Position numbers and translations under genes: made by a program | Part shown: positions 61,978 to 64,000 of the stretch, in pieces | Position numbering within the stretch: position 1 is the first letter of the stretch | Layout: each line of letters starts with the position of its first letter | Assembly: GCA_963668675.2 (NCBI GenBank) | Contig: CAXXMB010000002.1 | Location: forward strand, 1,248,001 to 1,312,000 | DNA from: an uncultured Desulfatitalea sp. | Lineage (GTDB): Bacteria > Desulfobacterota > Desulfobacteria > Desulfobacterales > Desulfosarcinaceae | Direction of reading: 5' to 3' | Length of the DNA: 64,000 nucleotides | Notes under the pieces: model-generated | What the model saw: only the letters and a program-made list of their open reading frames with translations | Told to the model about the DNA's origin: nothing | Databases searched by the model: none

Positions 61978-63345
61978 ATGACTATTAAGAACAGACTACT
62001 CAAGATGCACCCCGCCGTTTTGGTACTGGCCAGTTTCCTGCTCGCGATTGCGGTGGGCGCGTTGCTGCTCACACTCCCTTTTTCCAGCCGTTTTGCCCGC
62101 ATGTCACCGATGGATGCACTATTTACGGCAACCTCTGCCGTTTGCGTTACGGGTTTGACAGTTGTGGATACAGGCTCCTATTTTACCATTTTCGGGCAGG
62201 TCATCATTCTGATCATGATACAAATTGGAGGCCTGGGAGTGATGACCATATCGGTCATGCTGTTCCGATGGCTCGGGAAAAGCATTTCCATCAGACAACG
62301 CATGGCCATGCAGGACGTCTTCAGCCATACACCCCGGCATGACATCTTCGACCTGGTGAAAAGCGTATTGATCTTCACGATTGGAGCGGAAGCCATTGGC
62401 ACCGTGCTGCTGACCCTTCAATGGATGAGGGTGTTTCCGTTCTCCAAAGCCTTTTATTTTGCCCTGTTCCACTCTGTCTCTGCTTTTTGCAATGCCGGAT
62501 TTGCTCTATTTCCGGATAGTATCGTCGGATACAGCGATCAACTGATGATCGTCGGACCTTTGTGCGCGCTGATTGTGGTCGGAGGAATCGGATTCCCCGT
62601 ACTCTATGATCTTCAATCAAAATTTCTGGGGCCTAAACCGCGTATCAGACTCACCATTCAAACCAAAACCGTTCTGTTGACGACCGCTCTCCTGATAGCC
62701 GGGGGTGCGGTGATGATAGCTGCCCTGGAGTATCCGAACCACCCCGAGCCTCGCTCCTGGTCCCATATTGCCCTGTCATCCATTTTTCAATCGGTCACCT
62801 GCCGCACAGCCGGTTTCAATACCATCGACATCCCCTCATTGCACGAAGCCACCCTTGCGGTAATGATCTTTCTGATGTTCTTCGGGGCCTCGCCCGGCTC
62901 CTGCGGTGGTGGCGTCAAAACAACAACGTTGGCGCTGCTTGTGGTGTTTGCATTCAGTCGGATGACGCGCAGACGACGCGTCAATATGTTCAAAAAAAGC
63001 ATACCCGCAGAAACCCTTAACCGGAGCATGTCCCTGGTATTGCTATCCACCGGCATTATCACGGTGGTCATTTTCATGTTATTGGTTAGTGATGTGGCCA
63101 CAGGGCGTGATGTTGCCGGACATCATGGTGCTTTTCTGGCATACATCTTTGAGACAGTGTCGGCATTCGGTACAGTCGGGTTATCCATGGGTGTGACACC
63201 GCTATTGAGCAACTGGAGCAAGCTGTGGATTATCCTGACCATGATTATCGGCCGGGTGGGGGTGCTCACTTTTTCCTACATTATCACCGGAGGCAATGCC
63301 ACAGGCGGCAAGGAATACGCCGAACAGAATCTAATGATTGGATAG
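61978..63345 (+). CDS. trkH: TrkH/KtrB potassium uptake membrane protein
   Basis: SAVCVTGL, SAFCNAGF, CRTAGF, SAFGTVGLS pore motifs. Confidence 0.92.
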   Translation: MTIKNRLLKMHPAVLVLASFLLAIAVGALLLTLPFSSRFARMSPMDALFTATSAVCVTGLTVVDTGSYFTIFGQVIILIMIQIGGLGVMTISVMLFRWLGKSISIRQRMAMQDVFSHTPRHDIFDLVKSVLIFTIGAEAIGTVLLTLQWMRVFPFSKAFYFALFHSVSAFCNAGFALFPDSIVGYSDQLMIVGPLCALIVVGGIGFPVLYDLQSKFLGPKPRIRLTIQTKTVLLTTALLIAGGAVMIAALEYPNHPEPRSWSHIALSSIFQSVTCRTAGFNTIDIPSLHEATLAVMIFLMFFGASPGSCGGGVKTTTLALLVVFAFSRMTRRRRVNMFKKSIPAETLNRSMSLVLLSTGIITVVIFMLLVSDVATGRDVAGHHGAFLAYIFETVSAFGTVGLSMGVTPLLSNWSKLWIILTMIIGRVGVLTFSYIITGGNATGGKEYAEQNLMIG

Positions 63346-63358
63346 CGGGAGAACCGGC

Positions 63359-64000
63359 ATGAAAAAATTTGCTGTCATCGGGTTGGGCAATTTCGGTTTC
63401 CATGTAGCCAAGTCTCTTTTTGAAGATGGCAATGAAGTGGTTGCCATTGATGGAGACAAAACACGGGTCCAGGCCATCGATCCCTACGCCACCGAAGCTC
63501 TCATAATGGACGCCACTGAAAAGGAAACGCTTAAATCGCTTGGCTTGGAAAACATGGATGGCGCTATCATATCCACAGGGACCAACATCAGCATCAGCAT
63601 CCTCATCTGCCTTTACCTGAACGAAATCGGTGTCAAGAAAATCATTGCCAAGGCGATCGACGAGGACCACGCCAAGATACTCAAACGGGTAGGGGCAACT
63701 GAAATTATCCACCCGGAGCGCGACATGGCATTGCGCGTGTCACGCAACTTGTCGCGACCCAATGTACTTGACTTCATACCGTTGGCAGAAGACTACGATC
63801 TGGTGCAGGTCGATCCGCCCAGGGATTTCATAGGAAAAAGCCTCAAGGACCTCAACCTGCGTGCAAAACACAATGTACATGTCATTGCCATCAAAGAGCT
63901 GGTGCCAGGCAATTTTGTCCTGGCCCCAACGGCCGACTTCGTGATCAAAGACAGCGACATACTGGTCATGCTGGGCAAAGCAGTAGACATCAAGAAAATC
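63359..64000 (+). CDS. trkA: TrkA/KtrA regulatory subunit (partial, runs off the window)
   Basis: ATG 63359; MKKFAVIGLGNFG; open to the window end. Confidence 0.9.
   Translation, partial: MKKFAVIGLGNFGFHVAKSLFEDGNEVVAIDGDKTRVQAIDPYATEALIMDATEKETLKSLGLENMDGAIISTGTNISISILICLYLNEIGVKKIIAKAIDEDHAKILKRVGATEIIHPERDMALRVSRNLSRPNVLDFIPLAEDYDLVQVDPPRDFIGKSLKDLNLRAKHNVHVIAIKELVPGNFVLAPTADFVIKDSDILVMLGKAVDIKKI

Noticed and set aside
420..63993. Many long antisense or alternate-frame ORFs (e.g. 1648..2649-, 6540..7556+, 24839..26185-, 27246..27803+)
   Set aside because: Shadow ORFs of GC-rich genes with no recognisable motifs
1..64000. CRISPR arrays, tRNA/rRNA genes, transposases, prophage, genome-wide stop-codon recoding
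   Set aside because: None seen; TAG, TGA and TAA all terminate conserved genes at the expected positions

Overview
64 kb of chromosome from a sulfate-reducing deltaproteobacterium; the dsrJOP content and gene style suggest Desulfobacterales, which is an inference. Core content: end of dsr(M)KJOP, crcB-DUF190, aapJQMP and liv-type ABC transporters, an RND pair, an SSS-histidine kinase, a PiT transporter, an STT3/PglB oligosaccharyltransferase, cytochrome c3, cysE-cysK, NapC/NirT plus an octaheme HAO-like cytochrome, a sigma54 EBP-USP-SLC13-cytidylate-kinase-like-TCS module, and trkH/trkA. Four signals are not explained by the ORF track. (1) An integrase-less integron cassette array at ~13.9-15.65 kb: an attI-like site plus two well-formed attC sites whose core boxes match the cassette starts exactly. 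(2) A probable sigma54-driven ~80-nt small RNA at ~20.78-20.86 kb with an anti-Shine-Dalgarno/anti-start-codon tract, close to a CrbS/CbrA-like sensor. (3) A 1441-codon surface-protein gene interrupted by one in-frame TAG. (4) A 180-bp nested palindrome between convergent genes. All family assignments come from motif recognition by eye; no database searches were run.
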